Shown: in pieces, positions 1-8,030 of the stretch
Numbering within the stretch: the stretch's first letter is position 1
How the letters are laid out: every line of letters starts with the position of its first letter
Source of the DNA: a virus
Lineage: Duplodnaviria; Caudoviricetes
Length of the DNA stretch: 40,435 nucleotides
Virus record (IMG/VR): IMGVR_UViG_3300025723_001431
Span: 1 to 40,435 of that record
Direction: 5' to 3' (one strand)
Made by a program: the position numbers and the translations under genes
Notes under the pieces: generated by a model
Told to the model about the DNA's origin: nothing
What the model saw: only the letters and a program-made list of their open reading frames with translations
Database searches by the model: none

Positions 1-197
1 AATAAAGGATTATTGGAGTCGCATGGAGGTTATAAAGGCAGATTGGAGACTGGTTGAGTGGTAATAGTGGCGCATAGTGTTGTATGGGAGCAACAAAGGG
101 CTATGGGATAAAAAAAGCGTACTCCAGGTCAAACAGATTAATTCCAATATTTTTTTTCTGGCCGGAACTCAAGGATTCGAAATTTTTTCCTGGAGGG
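1..197. other. Non-coding region, G-rich on + strand, with degenerate 30-bp tandem repeat and inverted repeats
   Basis: Lies downstream of the last minus-strand gene. Bases 1-30 and 31-60 share ATAAAGG and ATTGGAG at a 30-bp period; CTCCAGG(122-128)/CCTGGAG(189-195) is an inverted repeat. Confidence 0.45.
78..95. promoter_or_regulatory. TGTTG-N8-CAACA palindromic box (copy 1)
   Basis: TGTTGTATGGGAGCAACA; same arms and spacing as 6478-6495 and 8031-8048. Confidence 0.45.
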
Positions 198-752
198 TCA
201 TCGTCTAGGATAACGCACTTTAGGAGAACCCCATGCTTTACCCAAAGAACCAGTATATCCACCATCATCGTCTTTACGAGAATCTATAGCAGCTTTATAT
301 ACAGGATCTTTATTCAGTTTGTCCCATATGGTAGGAGATAACCATTCTTTTTTTGGTTTATAACTATTATTACTATCAAATAGTAATTCTACTTTCTTTC
401 TGTGAAATTCTTTAAAAGACATGGTTTTTTTAAACTCTTTATCTTCATTACATATCTTATCATATTCGGATCGGTGACTACTTAATAATTCTTTACTCTT
501 TAATAGAGCATCTAAGTTATCATTTCTTCTAGGTTTCTGGAATTTCTTTCTATTTCCTTCAGAACGTTTCTTATACCATTCGGATTTAAATTCCAAAAAA
601 GTAATAGGATTTTCTGTGCTTTTACAGTAGGCTCTATAATCATCATTAAGTTTTATAGTATCCTTCTGTTTCTTGGCAGCGGCCCGGTTAATATCTTTAC
701 TGGTTTCCGTATCCGATTTTAGTCCTAGTCCTTGTGCTTTCTGTCTTTTCAT
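198..752 (-). CDS. Hypothetical basic protein (184 aa)
   Basis: ORF on the coding strand, Lys/Arg-rich, weak internal repeat (ITFLEFKSEW / MSFKEFHRK). Confidence 0.75.
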   Translation of the reverse strand: MKRQKAQGLGLKSDTETSKDINRAAAKKQKDTIKLNDDYRAYCKSTENPITFLEFKSEWYKKRSEGNRKKFQKPRRNDNLDALLKSKELLSSHRSEYDKICNEDKEFKKTMSFKEFHRKKVELLFDSNNSYKPKKEWLSPTIWDKLNKDPVYKAAIDSRKDDDGGYTGSLGKAWGSPKVRYPRR

Positions 753-756
753 TCGC

Positions 757-816
757 TCACCTATAATACATCATTACCAAGAATACTATAATAAAGATAA
801 TCCAAAGGCTTCTCAT
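757..816 (-). CDS. Putative 19-aa hydrophobic micropeptide MRSLWIIFIIVFLVMMYYR
   Basis: Translated by hand; ATGA overlap with the upstream ORF; stop is 4 nt before the next ATG. Confidence 0.45.
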   Translation of the reverse strand: MRSLWIIFIIVFLVMMYYR

Positions 817-944
817 TTGATTGCCGTGGTATTCTTACCTTTGAGGGACTTTTTTAGAAGCTTCTTATACAATTTCTTTTCTTTTTTGAGGTTGTGTACC
901 AGAATGGCTTGGTACATCTTCTTAATAATTTTAGTTACTTTCAT
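813..944 (-). CDS. Small basic protein (43 aa, MKVTKIIKKMYQAIL...)
   Basis: Translated by hand; ATGA overlap with the stop of 941..1366. Confidence 0.65.
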   Translation of the reverse strand: MKVTKIIKKMYQAILVHNLKKEKKLYKKLLKKSLKGKNTTAIK

Positions 945-1366
945 TTTTTGTCCTTCCAGTTAAATCCTAATAATTTATACAGTACCTTCTGATACCACTT
1001 CGGTTCACTCTCTAGGCCTACTGAGATTCCACCAATGTTGAGTTGTCCTACTGAATTTGTAGCTTGGACAGAAAGTGTTGGAGTAATGTTCGTGGTACCC
1101 CAGGTTGGAGCCAAAACAAATGATGTTGTACCACCATCGAGTGTCGTTACTGATAGTTTTGGTTTCTCACATCCAGTATAATCCAGTCCTAACGGAATCT
1201 GCTCAGTAAGTGGAAAGAAGAACTCTATCTCGGTCTGTCTGTAATCTTTGGTGGTAAACCAAGGATCTGTCCAAGGACTTCTACTAAAGAATCCCCCATC
1301 GTTAATTCCAGGATCGGTAAAATACTGAGAGGCCGTCATTCGATCTTCTGAGGTAAATGTAGTCAT
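941..1366 (-). CDS. Hypothetical protein (141 aa from MTTFTSEDR)
   Basis: ORF track 941..1423; GAGGAG Shine-Dalgarno precedes the ATG at 1366. Confidence 0.75.
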   Translation of the reverse strand: MTTFTSEDRMTASQYFTDPGINDGGFFSRSPWTDPWFTTKDYRQTEIEFFFPLTEQIPLGLDYTGCEKPKLSVTTLDGGTTSFVLAPTWGTTNITPTLSVQATNSVGQLNIGGISVGLESEPKWYQKVLYKLLGFNWKDKK

Positions 1367-1367
1367 T

Positions 1368-1502
1368 TTAGTACTCCTCTCCTGGCTCAGGGTCGGTTTC
1401 ATCTGAATCGATGAGGGTGTCATTAAGGTCTGGCAGAGTTTCTTCCATGTCCCAACCTTCGGGAAAATCTGGAGGTGCCTCTGAATTTTTTCTAGTAGTC
1501 AT
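1368..1502 (-). CDS. Small acidic protein (44 aa, MTTRKNSEAPPDFPEGWD...)
   Basis: Translated by hand; fills the gap between neighbours exactly. Confidence 0.6.
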   Translation of the reverse strand: MTTRKNSEAPPDFPEGWDMEETLPDLNDTLIDSDETDPEPGEEY

Positions 1503-1506
1503 GGAG

Positions 1507-1674
1507 TTACTCAACGTCTTTGAAGAACTCAAAGGAAATCGTGGTCCACGCCACAGCCGCTAAAAACCAAGGAACGGACTCTATGTAACCGAAAGCCAGT
1601 ATAAGTTGGATCCATGAATAGGCTGCCAAGAAAAAGGCTAGGTATTCTCCAAGTTTGTTCAATCTTTTTTTCAT
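1507..1674 (-). CDS. Small membrane protein (55 aa, MKKRLNKLGEYLAFFLAAYSW...)
   Basis: Translated by hand; GGAG SD; two hydrophobic segments. Confidence 0.65.
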   Translation of the reverse strand: MKKRLNKLGEYLAFFLAAYSWIQLILAFGYIESVPWFLAAVAWTTISFEFFKDVE

Positions 1675-1713
1675 CTAACTCTCCAAAATTGTTGCTAAGC
1701 AACATAAAATATA

Positions 1714-1724
1714 ATAAATAAGTA
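1714..1724 (+). promoter_or_regulatory. Probable T4-type late promoter (ATAAATA-AGTA)
   Basis: ATAAATAAGTA is identical to the core of the minus-strand late promoter at 27653-27664 and lies upstream of a + strand ORF. Confidence 0.5.
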
Positions 1725-1779
1725 TAAACACTAATACCATTGGTGTTTTTGTATTACCTAAACTCCCAAAAGGACTACT

Positions 1780-1923
1780 ATGAAACGAATCTCAAACTTC
1801 TTTAAAACTTTCTTTGAAACTCCAAAATCATCTTTGGAACAACACATTACTAATTCTCGTCCTCAGAACCATTCTGACTTAGAACGGATTGTTCGTGAGT
1901 GGAACGAACTGAGGATGTGGTAA
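1780..1923 (+). CDS. Small protein (47 aa, MKRISNFFKTFFETPKSSLEQHITNSRPQNHSDLERIVREWNELRMW); only credible + strand gene
   Basis: AAGGA SD, sits in a gap between minus-strand genes, ends in tandem TAA TAA. Confidence 0.65.
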   Translation: MKRISNFFKTFFETPKSSLEQHITNSRPQNHSDLERIVREWNELRMW

Positions 1924-2002
1924 TAATGGAACTAGAAATATTTTTAACTATTCTCTCTTGGACATTCTAACGCCGGAATGCGCTGGAAAATCCTCAGGTT
2001 AA

Positions 2003-2365
2003 TTAATCTTTAGGTGGCATAAACAAATCTTTGTTATTCCTAAAGTTAGCTAGGAACTCTTGTTCTGCTTCCGATTCTACTGTGTCGGTCTCATCGTTTA
2101 CTTCACCGTCAAAGATACCGACAACTTCATCTTCGGAGATAATGTAATATGTTTCCTTTTCAAATTTGGTTTCCTCTGCTGCATTCCAATCAGGTAGAAT
2201 CGTATCACCCACACGAACGTCTTTTGTATCAGGTCCTGCTGCTAGAACCAACCCTTTCGTTAATGCGTCTTTCCCAGTCGCAGTCAGAAAAATACCAACC
2301 TTAGTGAACTCTTTATTCTTTAACAGTTTGATGATGAGTTTATTTTTGATTGCTTTAAGTTTCAT
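2003..2365 (-). CDS. groES: Co-chaperonin GroES/Cpn10 (gp31-like role) with acidic C-terminal extension
   Basis: MKLKAIKNKLII, mobile loop TKVGIFL, GLVLAAGP, VRVGDTIL, IISEDEVVGIF. Confidence 0.85.
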   Translation of the reverse strand: MKLKAIKNKLIIKLLKNKEFTKVGIFLTATGKDALTKGLVLAAGPDTKDVRVGDTILPDWNAAEETKFEKETYYIISEDEVVGIFDGEVNDETDTVESEAEQEFLANFRNNKDLFMPPKD

Positions 2366-2385
2366 GTTCTATCTTTCAATGTAAT

Positions 2386-2511
2386 TTAAGTAGTATACTT
2401 GATTGGTGCTACTTTGTCAACTATTTCGTGGTAATCATTATTGGATGCAAAGGCATATATCATTACGATAATGGACATCATCACGATAAGTCTGAGGATA
2501 TTATTTTGCAT
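2386..2511 (-). CDS. Small membrane protein (41 aa from MQNNILRL)
   Basis: ORF track 2386..2574 trimmed to remove a long overlap; one hydrophobic helix. Confidence 0.5.
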   Translation of the reverse strand: MQNNILRLIVMMSIIVMIYAFASNNDYHEIVDKVAPIKYTT

Positions 2512-2698
2512 GGATGGCATCGTAGTACAATATGGCATACCAACCTGCCAATCCGGCAAAGTATAAGAATACATATAGTCCTATACGCTTACCAAATATT
2601 CCTTGGTTGAAGAAAGCCCATGTGGCGCCCAACATAAAGGAGAATAGGTTGAAATGATATGCAGAGATATCAAAAAAGTGGAAGTCACTAAGGTTCAT
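2501..2698 (-). CDS. Small membrane protein (65 aa)
   Basis: Two hydrophobic segments; ATGA-type coupling region with galE. Confidence 0.65.
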   Translation of the reverse strand: MNLSDFHFFDISAYHFNLFSFMLGATWAFFNQGIFGKRIGLYVFLYFAGLAGWYAILYYDAIHAK

Positions 2699-3498
2699 AA
2701 TTTAAGCATTTCTTCATAAGAGTAATTCTGTACCATATACTTGGATGGTTTCTCCAAATAACAGGCCTCTAAATCGCCTGCTCGTCTTGGTAAGTATTTA
2801 ATTTCTGGTTTATCTTTACCATTAACGTCACAAAAAGTTTCAACAATCTCTTTAACGGTTCTAGTGTCACCATAAGCAAGATTCTCAATACCTTGTGACG
2901 GTTCATCGATTGCTTTGATGATGGCCGCACATACATCATTTACATGAACATACTCACGAACACAAGTACCATCTTTGGTATTATAATCACCACCATAGAT
3001 GTTGTAGATTCCATTTTCATTATTCTGTAAGTTGTAGAATAGTCCATCAGGATTGGTTGCAGCAAATCCATCAGTACCAATTACATTATAGAAACGGAAG
3101 ATGGTGTAATCATATGCCTTCTCTTTGACAATATCTTCAGCAATGCGTTTGGAGAATCCGTACGGAGAATTTGGATTAGATGCGGCGCCCGTAGAAGCAA
3201 AGATAAAATTATGATGTGGAATCTTCTCAATCATATTAAGAGTACCATTTACATTCGTGGAATAATATTCAGTAGGTTTATTAACTGATTCACCAACACG
3301 AACTAAAGCGGCCAAGTGGATAATAGTATGGAAGAATTCACCATCGAGTCTATAAATGTTTCGTACATCGGCACAATCCACTCCTCTGGCATTTATATCC
3401 AGACCATATAATTTAATATCTGGTCTTGTTTGTTGAATCATCTGCCATAGGTGTTGGCCAATATATCCTAAGTGGCCAGTAATCAATACTTTTTTCAT
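2695..3498 (-). CDS. galE: UDP-glucose 4-epimerase-like extended SDR (short form)
   Basis: TGHLGYIG, IIHLAAL-VGES, YGFSK (YxxxK), FRFYNV, DGTCVREYVHV, RRAGD. Confidence 0.85.
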   Translation of the reverse strand: MKKVLITGHLGYIGQHLWQMIQQTRPDIKLYGLDINARGVDCADVRNIYRLDGEFFHTIIHLAALVRVGESVNKPTEYYSTNVNGTLNMIEKIPHHNFIFASTGAASNPNSPYGFSKRIAEDIVKEKAYDYTIFRFYNVIGTDGFAATNPDGLFYNLQNNENGIYNIYGGDYNTKDGTCVREYVHVNDVCAAIIKAIDEPSQGIENLAYGDTRTVKEIVETFCDVNGKDKPEIKYLPRRAGDLEACYLEKPSKYMVQNYSYEEMLKL

Positions 3499-3635
3499 TC
3501 TGTCATTTCAGGTGGTAATCCCAACTGAGCTCTCAATTGTTTAATAATATCAGTAACTTCATTTCGAATATGTGAACCTTTTGGTAACCACACTCTAATA
3601 TGTTTCATTAGGTTTAACAAATCATTCGGGTTCAT
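3495..3635 (-). CDS. Small hypothetical protein (46 aa, MNPNDLLNLMKHIRVWLP...)
   Basis: Translated by hand; stop overlaps the galE ATG (ATGA). Confidence 0.6.
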   Translation of the reverse strand: MNPNDLLNLMKHIRVWLPKGSHIRNEVTDIIKQLRAQLGLPPEMTE

Positions 3636-3876
3636 TTATATCGTCCAAAAATTTAATCACAGGTAATTTATTGGTGACCTCCAAGAAAGCATCTCGTCTT
3701 GTCAAAGCAATTACTCTACAAGTAAATATTCCATCTTCAATCCACATTTCAAACGGTGCAATACCAACCCAAGCTTCGTCAAGTATACATCTGATGTACC
3801 AAACTTTTGCTTCTTTACACCGATCAATCAATTCATTATATATTTTTTTTGGACTAAAATCCTTAGGAGTTTTCAT
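3622..3876 (-). CDS. Hypothetical protein (84 aa)
   Basis: ORF in overlapping operon. Confidence 0.7.
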   Translation of the reverse strand: MKTPKDFSPKKIYNELIDRCKEAKVWYIRCILDEAWVGIAPFEMWIEDGIFTCRVIALTRRDAFLEVTNKLPVIKFLDDINEPE

Positions 3877-4066
3877 TTAATAAACTCGGACCACCACGGG
3901 ATTCACTCATGATATAATCTTCAGCAAGTTCTTCTGCTTTGTATCCGTCAGACACAACTTCTTTTCTTACGATTCTATCATTAAGATAATATGAAATTGT
4001 ATAAGTAAATTCTTCTCTCTGAATAGTGGCTTTCTTATCACCATTAATAAATTTGGATGTTTCCAT
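3863..4066 (-). CDS. Hypothetical protein (67 aa)
   Basis: ORF in overlapping operon (TAATG junction). Confidence 0.7.
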   Translation of the reverse strand: METSKFINGDKKATIQREEFTYTISYYLNDRIVRKEVVSDGYKAEELAEDYIMSESRGGPSLLNENS

Positions 4067-4275
4067 TATTTGTCCTCAAATGTATATTTTGTGGCAGCTT
4101 TCTCTGCCTCATCTTCAGTTTTAAAACAAGCATGACCACACCATTCGTGGTTCAAACCCCTTTTAGTATAATACTCTACTATGTATGGCTCTTTCCGCCA
4201 CTCATCAAATGAAACATCGGCTCGGCGGTTGCCCGCCTTGCCCATAAAAGTAACAATTCTTTCTGCATCAATCAT
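4066..4275 (-). CDS. Hypothetical protein (69 aa)
   Basis: ATGA overlap with the VWA gene. Confidence 0.7.
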   Translation of the reverse strand: MIDAERIVTFMGKAGNRRADVSFDEWRKEPYIVEYYTKRGLNHEWCGHACFKTEDEAEKAATKYTFEDK

Positions 4276-6410
4276 GAAATCATTCCTACGAAACGGTTTA
4301 ATACAACACGATTATTCAAACGATTACCGGCATATTTACTGAAGGCCGAAACCAAACCACGGGTAGTAGCATTTTCTTTTACTTCAAAACCTACATCTTC
4401 ATCAGTATCTAGGCCTTCTGCACGGAGTAAATAATACTCATCGTAACCAGCAGAGGTAACTACCATTGATTTGTTTTTACGGAACTCCGATTTATACTTG
4501 TCGTAGTTAGTAACAGACCTTGGTAAGAAATGATATAACTCACGGCCCAATTCACGACCAGACAAAACATAAAAACCAACAATATTAGAATTGGTACGAA
4601 TCTTCAACATTTTGATATATGCGGATGTCAAATCACGGCCATGTGGATAATCCACAACAACTTCATTCTTGTTTTTAGGATCACGAATCACCAGTTTCTT
4701 CAAAGAACGATAATCATGATGTTCACCTTTGCCACTTGTTTTGTATCCGCTACTATTTGTATAAAATACATCACTCAATGAATGTCCATCACCATCAGTT
4801 AAGAATACAGTATTTACCACTTGCAATTTGTATTGCTTCTGAAATTCAGGAACAATCTTCATAGCAGAGATAACTGCTTCAGTCAATGGTGTACCGCCTT
4901 TCTGCATCCAGTTTGGTTTCCATGCACGATACTCACAGCAACGAACCAAAGCAGAACATGCGTAAGTAAATTCTACCGCAGACATTTTGTTGGACAATAA
5001 ATTCAACAATTTAAAATTACGGAGTGCAATGTCACCTTCTTTAAATTCATTAGCATAACAATCACTATATTCGGAACTAAAAGCATACACTTCGTAAGGA
5101 ATATTTACCTTCTTACAAAACATCACCAAGTTAATCAACTGTTTGATAGTGTTCTCAATATGAGAATTCATACTACCAGACCAATCTAAGAACATTACCA
5201 AACCATGTGATTTACCACCAGGCAATACTGTAATCTTCTTGAAAATATCTTCAGCAAAACCATATGAATAGATTTTACTCATATTCAATTCACCAGTTTT
5301 AGCAACTGAAGCACGTTTCAATTGGTCGGCATTTTTACGCAACTCAAATTCTTTGGCAAGATAACCAACAACCTTCTTGGCATCATTACGCAACTTCAAG
5401 AATTTCTTAGTATCGATGCCATAGTTAATGTCGTAGCCATAATGGCCAGATTGTCTTTCCATGGCAGCTTGACGATAATCAGACCACAACTTTTTGTATG
5501 GTAGAATTGCTTTAGTCAAATCAACATCAGGAATGTTACCATAGTAATATGAACTAGCATCTACACTAAACAATTTGCTTTCGTTTTTGCGATATGTTTC
5601 ATCTGTGTGTGATTTGATTTCATCAGATTCACCTTCAGGATCATTACCGCCAGCTTGTGTGCCGGTTTCTTGTTCAACATCAGATTCTTCATCGGTGGTT
5701 TCATCAGAATTAGAATCAACTGGTTTGTTAGTTTCACGAATTTCGGTTTCTTCGTCCCATTCATCAGAATCATCATAACCACTAATGTCGATTTCGATAC
5801 CATCTTCATCTTCATCAAATTCATCTAATGCGAGTTTTAACTTTGCAGCAGTTTCGGCTTCTTCTTTCATATAAGCCATAACTTCAATACCAACACGAAT
5901 TACATCATCATAGGTTTCGGTGTTTTCAATTTTATCAACTAAACGTTTTTCGAATTCGTTGAATTGAATACCTTGTGCTGCACCACCCTTAGTGTAAAGG
6001 TTAACACGGTCAATAAAGTTAAAATCGTTGAGGTCAGCACCTTTAGTACCAAAGAAATCCTTTTCGATTAGTTCACGATAACCTTTAACGAATGAGGAAC
6101 GAATACCAGGATATTTGTTTTTAATTCTACGCTCAATACGGGAATCCTCAATCACATTGGCTACAGAAGCCGAAACACCTGCTTCTTTTGCTTTCTCGAA
6201 TCCTTCTAGAGGAGTATGCAAAGCATGACCAACTTCATGACCTAAAAACATATCATAAAGGAATGGTGAAATTTTTGAATCTAAAATTGGCAAAGTAAGA
6301 ATGCGGTCTTTAACATTAAAACTTGCCGTTTGAACTTTTCGTTGCTCGACAGTTAAATTTTCGGTTGCCATTAATTTGGCAAGCAGTGTTTTAGATTCTG
6401 TAATGTGCAT
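4272..6410 (-). CDS. HExxH metallopeptidase-like + VWA (CobT-like) domain protein of T4-like phages
   Basis: GHEVGHALHT, NVIEDSRIE, acidic linker, MIDAS motifs FLDWSGSM, GGTPL, FLTDGD. Confidence 0.85.
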   Translation of the reverse strand: MHITESKTLLAKLMATENLTVEQRKVQTASFNVKDRILTLPILDSKISPFLYDMFLGHEVGHALHTPLEGFEKAKEAGVSASVANVIEDSRIERRIKNKYPGIRSSFVKGYRELIEKDFFGTKGADLNDFNFIDRVNLYTKGGAAQGIQFNEFEKRLVDKIENTETYDDVIRVGIEVMAYMKEEAETAAKLKLALDEFDEDEDGIEIDISGYDDSDEWDEETEIRETNKPVDSNSDETTDEESDVEQETGTQAGGNDPEGESDEIKSHTDETYRKNESKLFSVDASSYYYGNIPDVDLTKAILPYKKLWSDYRQAAMERQSGHYGYDINYGIDTKKFLKLRNDAKKVVGYLAKEFELRKNADQLKRASVAKTGELNMSKIYSYGFAEDIFKKITVLPGGKSHGLVMFLDWSGSMNSHIENTIKQLINLVMFCKKVNIPYEVYAFSSEYSDCYANEFKEGDIALRNFKLLNLLSNKMSAVEFTYACSALVRCCEYRAWKPNWMQKGGTPLTEAVISAMKIVPEFQKQYKLQVVNTVFLTDGDGHSLSDVFYTNSSGYKTSGKGEHHDYRSLKKLVIRDPKNKNEVVVDYPHGRDLTSAYIKMLKIRTNSNIVGFYVLSGRELGRELYHFLPRSVTNYDKYKSEFRKNKSMVVTSAGYDEYYLLRAEGLDTDEDVGFEVKENATTRGLVSAFSKYAGNRLNNRVVLNRFVGMIS

Positions 6411-6432
6411 AGATTCTCCGATTTAAAGAACC

Positions 6433-6461
6433 ATTATACTATAAGGAACATCTACCGTCAA
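6433..6461 (-). promoter_or_regulatory. Sigma70-type early promoter TTGACG-17-TATAAT
   Basis: Near-consensus hexamers, 17-nt spacer, GGAG SD downstream. Confidence 0.85.
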
Positions 6462-7129
6462 GTTCTTTTTTTCGATGTGTTGTACCGGGACAACACTTTT
6501 CGGTATAGATCACGGAAGCCTTTAATTCTATCAAAATCCATCTTAAAAGTTTTTACCAACTCTTTTTTGGTAGATGTGGACATATAGGCTTGAATTTCGT
6601 CCTTGATAACATTATCACCATAACCCATCCTCTTCAATTTCTTTACCATCTTAGAATATTCCATTCTTAGATTTTTATAGAATTGATAATTTGCGGCATC
6701 CATCAAATCTTTGTATTCCGTATTCATGTAATATAGCGCATGAGCAATTTCATGGTCAATTACATTCATATCACCTTTTTTACCGCCAATGACGTAAAAG
6801 GGTTTTGATAAATCCAATTTTCTTTGAACTTCGTAAGCCAATGCAAATTCCCATTTTGTTATGTCGGACATATTTTGTTGGTGCCATTCCATAAAAACGT
6901 CACCAGGAATATTAAAGCCGGACCAATAATTAAAATATTCAATCGTACCATCGTTTTTCATAAAGAAATCAATGAAATCCACAAATGAGGTGTAATTTCT
7001 ATTTAACTTCGGCTGACCTTCATAGTATTCTTCTACTCGGCAAAAAGCAAGAGCAAGCTCTTTTTGTGTTTCAAACTCTAAAAGTAAACAATTTTTGATT
7101 GGCTGACTAGATTTGAACATCTTACTCAT
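6458..7129 (-). CDS. Hypothetical protein with HExxH motif (223 aa)
   Basis: DHEIAHALYY followed by DEIQAY (candidate third zinc ligand). Confidence 0.75.
   Translation of the reverse strand: MSKMFKSSQPIKNCLLLEFETQKELALAFCRVEEYYEGQPKLNRNYTSFVDFIDFFMKNDGTIEYFNYWSGFNIPGDVFMEWHQQNMSDITKWEFALAYEVQRKLDLSKPFYVIGGKKGDMNVIDHEIAHALYYMNTEYKDLMDAANYQFYKNLRMEYSKMVKKLKRMGYGDNVIKDEIQAYMSTSTKKELVKTFKMDFDRIKGFRDLYRKVLSRYNTSKKRT
6478..6495. promoter_or_regulatory. TGTTG-N8-CAACA palindromic box (copy 2), 16 nt upstream of the -35
   Basis: GTGTTGT-ACCGGG-ACAACAC, inside the 3' end of a CDS. Confidence 0.65.
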
Positions 7130-7283
7130 ATAACTCTTTGCGTTTTTGATAGTCCGATAAATCTTTTTCCATTCCCGATAGTGCGGCCCACTTGCGAGTT
7201 ACAACATCCAAGCGTTTCCACGCAGGAATTTCTTCATCATCTGCGATGGCATCGAGCCAAATGTAATGTCCTGAATCATTCAT
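7122..7283 (-). CDS. Hypothetical protein (53 aa from MNDSGHY)
   Basis: ORF track 7122..7307; AAGGA SD before the ATG at 7283. Confidence 0.65.
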   Translation of the reverse strand: MNDSGHYIWLDAIADDEEIPAWKRLDVVTRKWAALSGMEKDLSDYQKRKELYE

Positions 7284-7464
7284 GTTTAATTCCTTCATTT
7301 TTATCAAAAAACTCGTATTCTAATGCAGCTGCCAACTCATTAGCAAGCTTCGGATTGAATTTTACGAGAAAATGTGCTACATCTACAGCTGGCACATGAC
7401 GCAAATTGAATATAATCTCGTCAATTCCTCTTAAAATTTGTGTTTCTTCGTGTTTAGATAACAT
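7276..7464 (-). CDS. Hypothetical protein (62 aa)
   Basis: ORF with AGGTG SD. Confidence 0.7.
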   Translation of the reverse strand: MLSKHEETQILRGIDEIIFNLRHVPAVDVAHFLVKFNPKLANELAAALEYEFFDKNEGIKHE

Positions 7465-7472
7465 ATTTCACC

Positions 7473-7619
7473 TTACATATCATAAAAATGGTCAATTACT
7501 ATAAAATTTTGATTATTTGCTTTTGCTTTACCAATAGATTCGAGCCATTTTAGCTCTTTATTCAAATTGTCCTCACTTAAAGTTTCCAAATATTCAAAAT
7601 ATTCATCATATTCATTCAT
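7473..7619 (-). CDS. Small acidic protein (48 aa, MNEYDEYFEYLETLSED...)
   Basis: Translated by hand; ATGA overlap with upstream gene. Confidence 0.65.
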   Translation of the reverse strand: MNEYDEYFEYLETLSEDNLNKELKWLESIGKAKANNQNFIVIDHFYDM

Positions 7620-7957
7620 CTTCGCATACTCGCTATTTCTTTTGCTTCATTATCTGTAAAAATTGGCACAGCATTTGATTTATGCATTGTACCAATACCT
7701 TTGATTTTTTCTCCTGTGTAACAATTTTGGAACTTTTTAACACAAGCAATAAATCCTGTGTCCAAGGACGCAATCTTTGGAGTTTCTCTGTGAAAAGGAG
7801 CCATAGATTTAACTGGCAACTTTGTTTTAATAATAGGAGAACAGGAATACCGTTTTGAAGATAATTTATTGATAGAGGTTAACCATTGGGTTTTTTGCTC
7901 TTGTTGAGCTTTGGTTAACTTCTTTGGTTTGGATTTTGGAATATAACCGTATATCAT
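7616..7957 (-). CDS. Conserved T4-like phage hypothetical protein (113 aa from MIYGYIPK)
   Basis: C-terminal YTG..IKGIGTMHKSNAVPIF..EAKEIASMRR motif; GAGG SD; the longer track start falls inside the -10 box. Confidence 0.75.
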   Translation of the reverse strand: MIYGYIPKSKPKKLTKAQQEQKTQWLTSINKLSSKRYSCSPIIKTKLPVKSMAPFHRETPKIASLDTGFIACVKKFQNCYTGEKIKGIGTMHKSNAVPIFTDNEAKEIASMRR

Positions 7958-7985
7958 ATAATGTGTTTCCTCATTAGAAGAAACC

Positions 7986-8014
7986 ATTGTATAACAATAT
8001 TAAAGAAAGGTCAA
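7986..8014 (-). promoter_or_regulatory. Sigma70-type early promoter TTGACC-17-TACAAT
   Basis: Hexamers with 17-nt spacer; followed by GGTT as at 6433. Confidence 0.8.
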
Positions 8015-8030
8015 GCGGATTATGGTAATC

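Noticed and set aside
84-341. 85-aa + strand ORF
   Set aside because: Overlaps the minus-strand gene antisense, crosses A/T tracts, no recognisable motif or clear SD
1926-2000. 14-aa ORF MELEIFLTILSWTF and a weak GC stem as a possible terminator
   Set aside because: Too short to support; the stem is only about 4 bp with no U-tract
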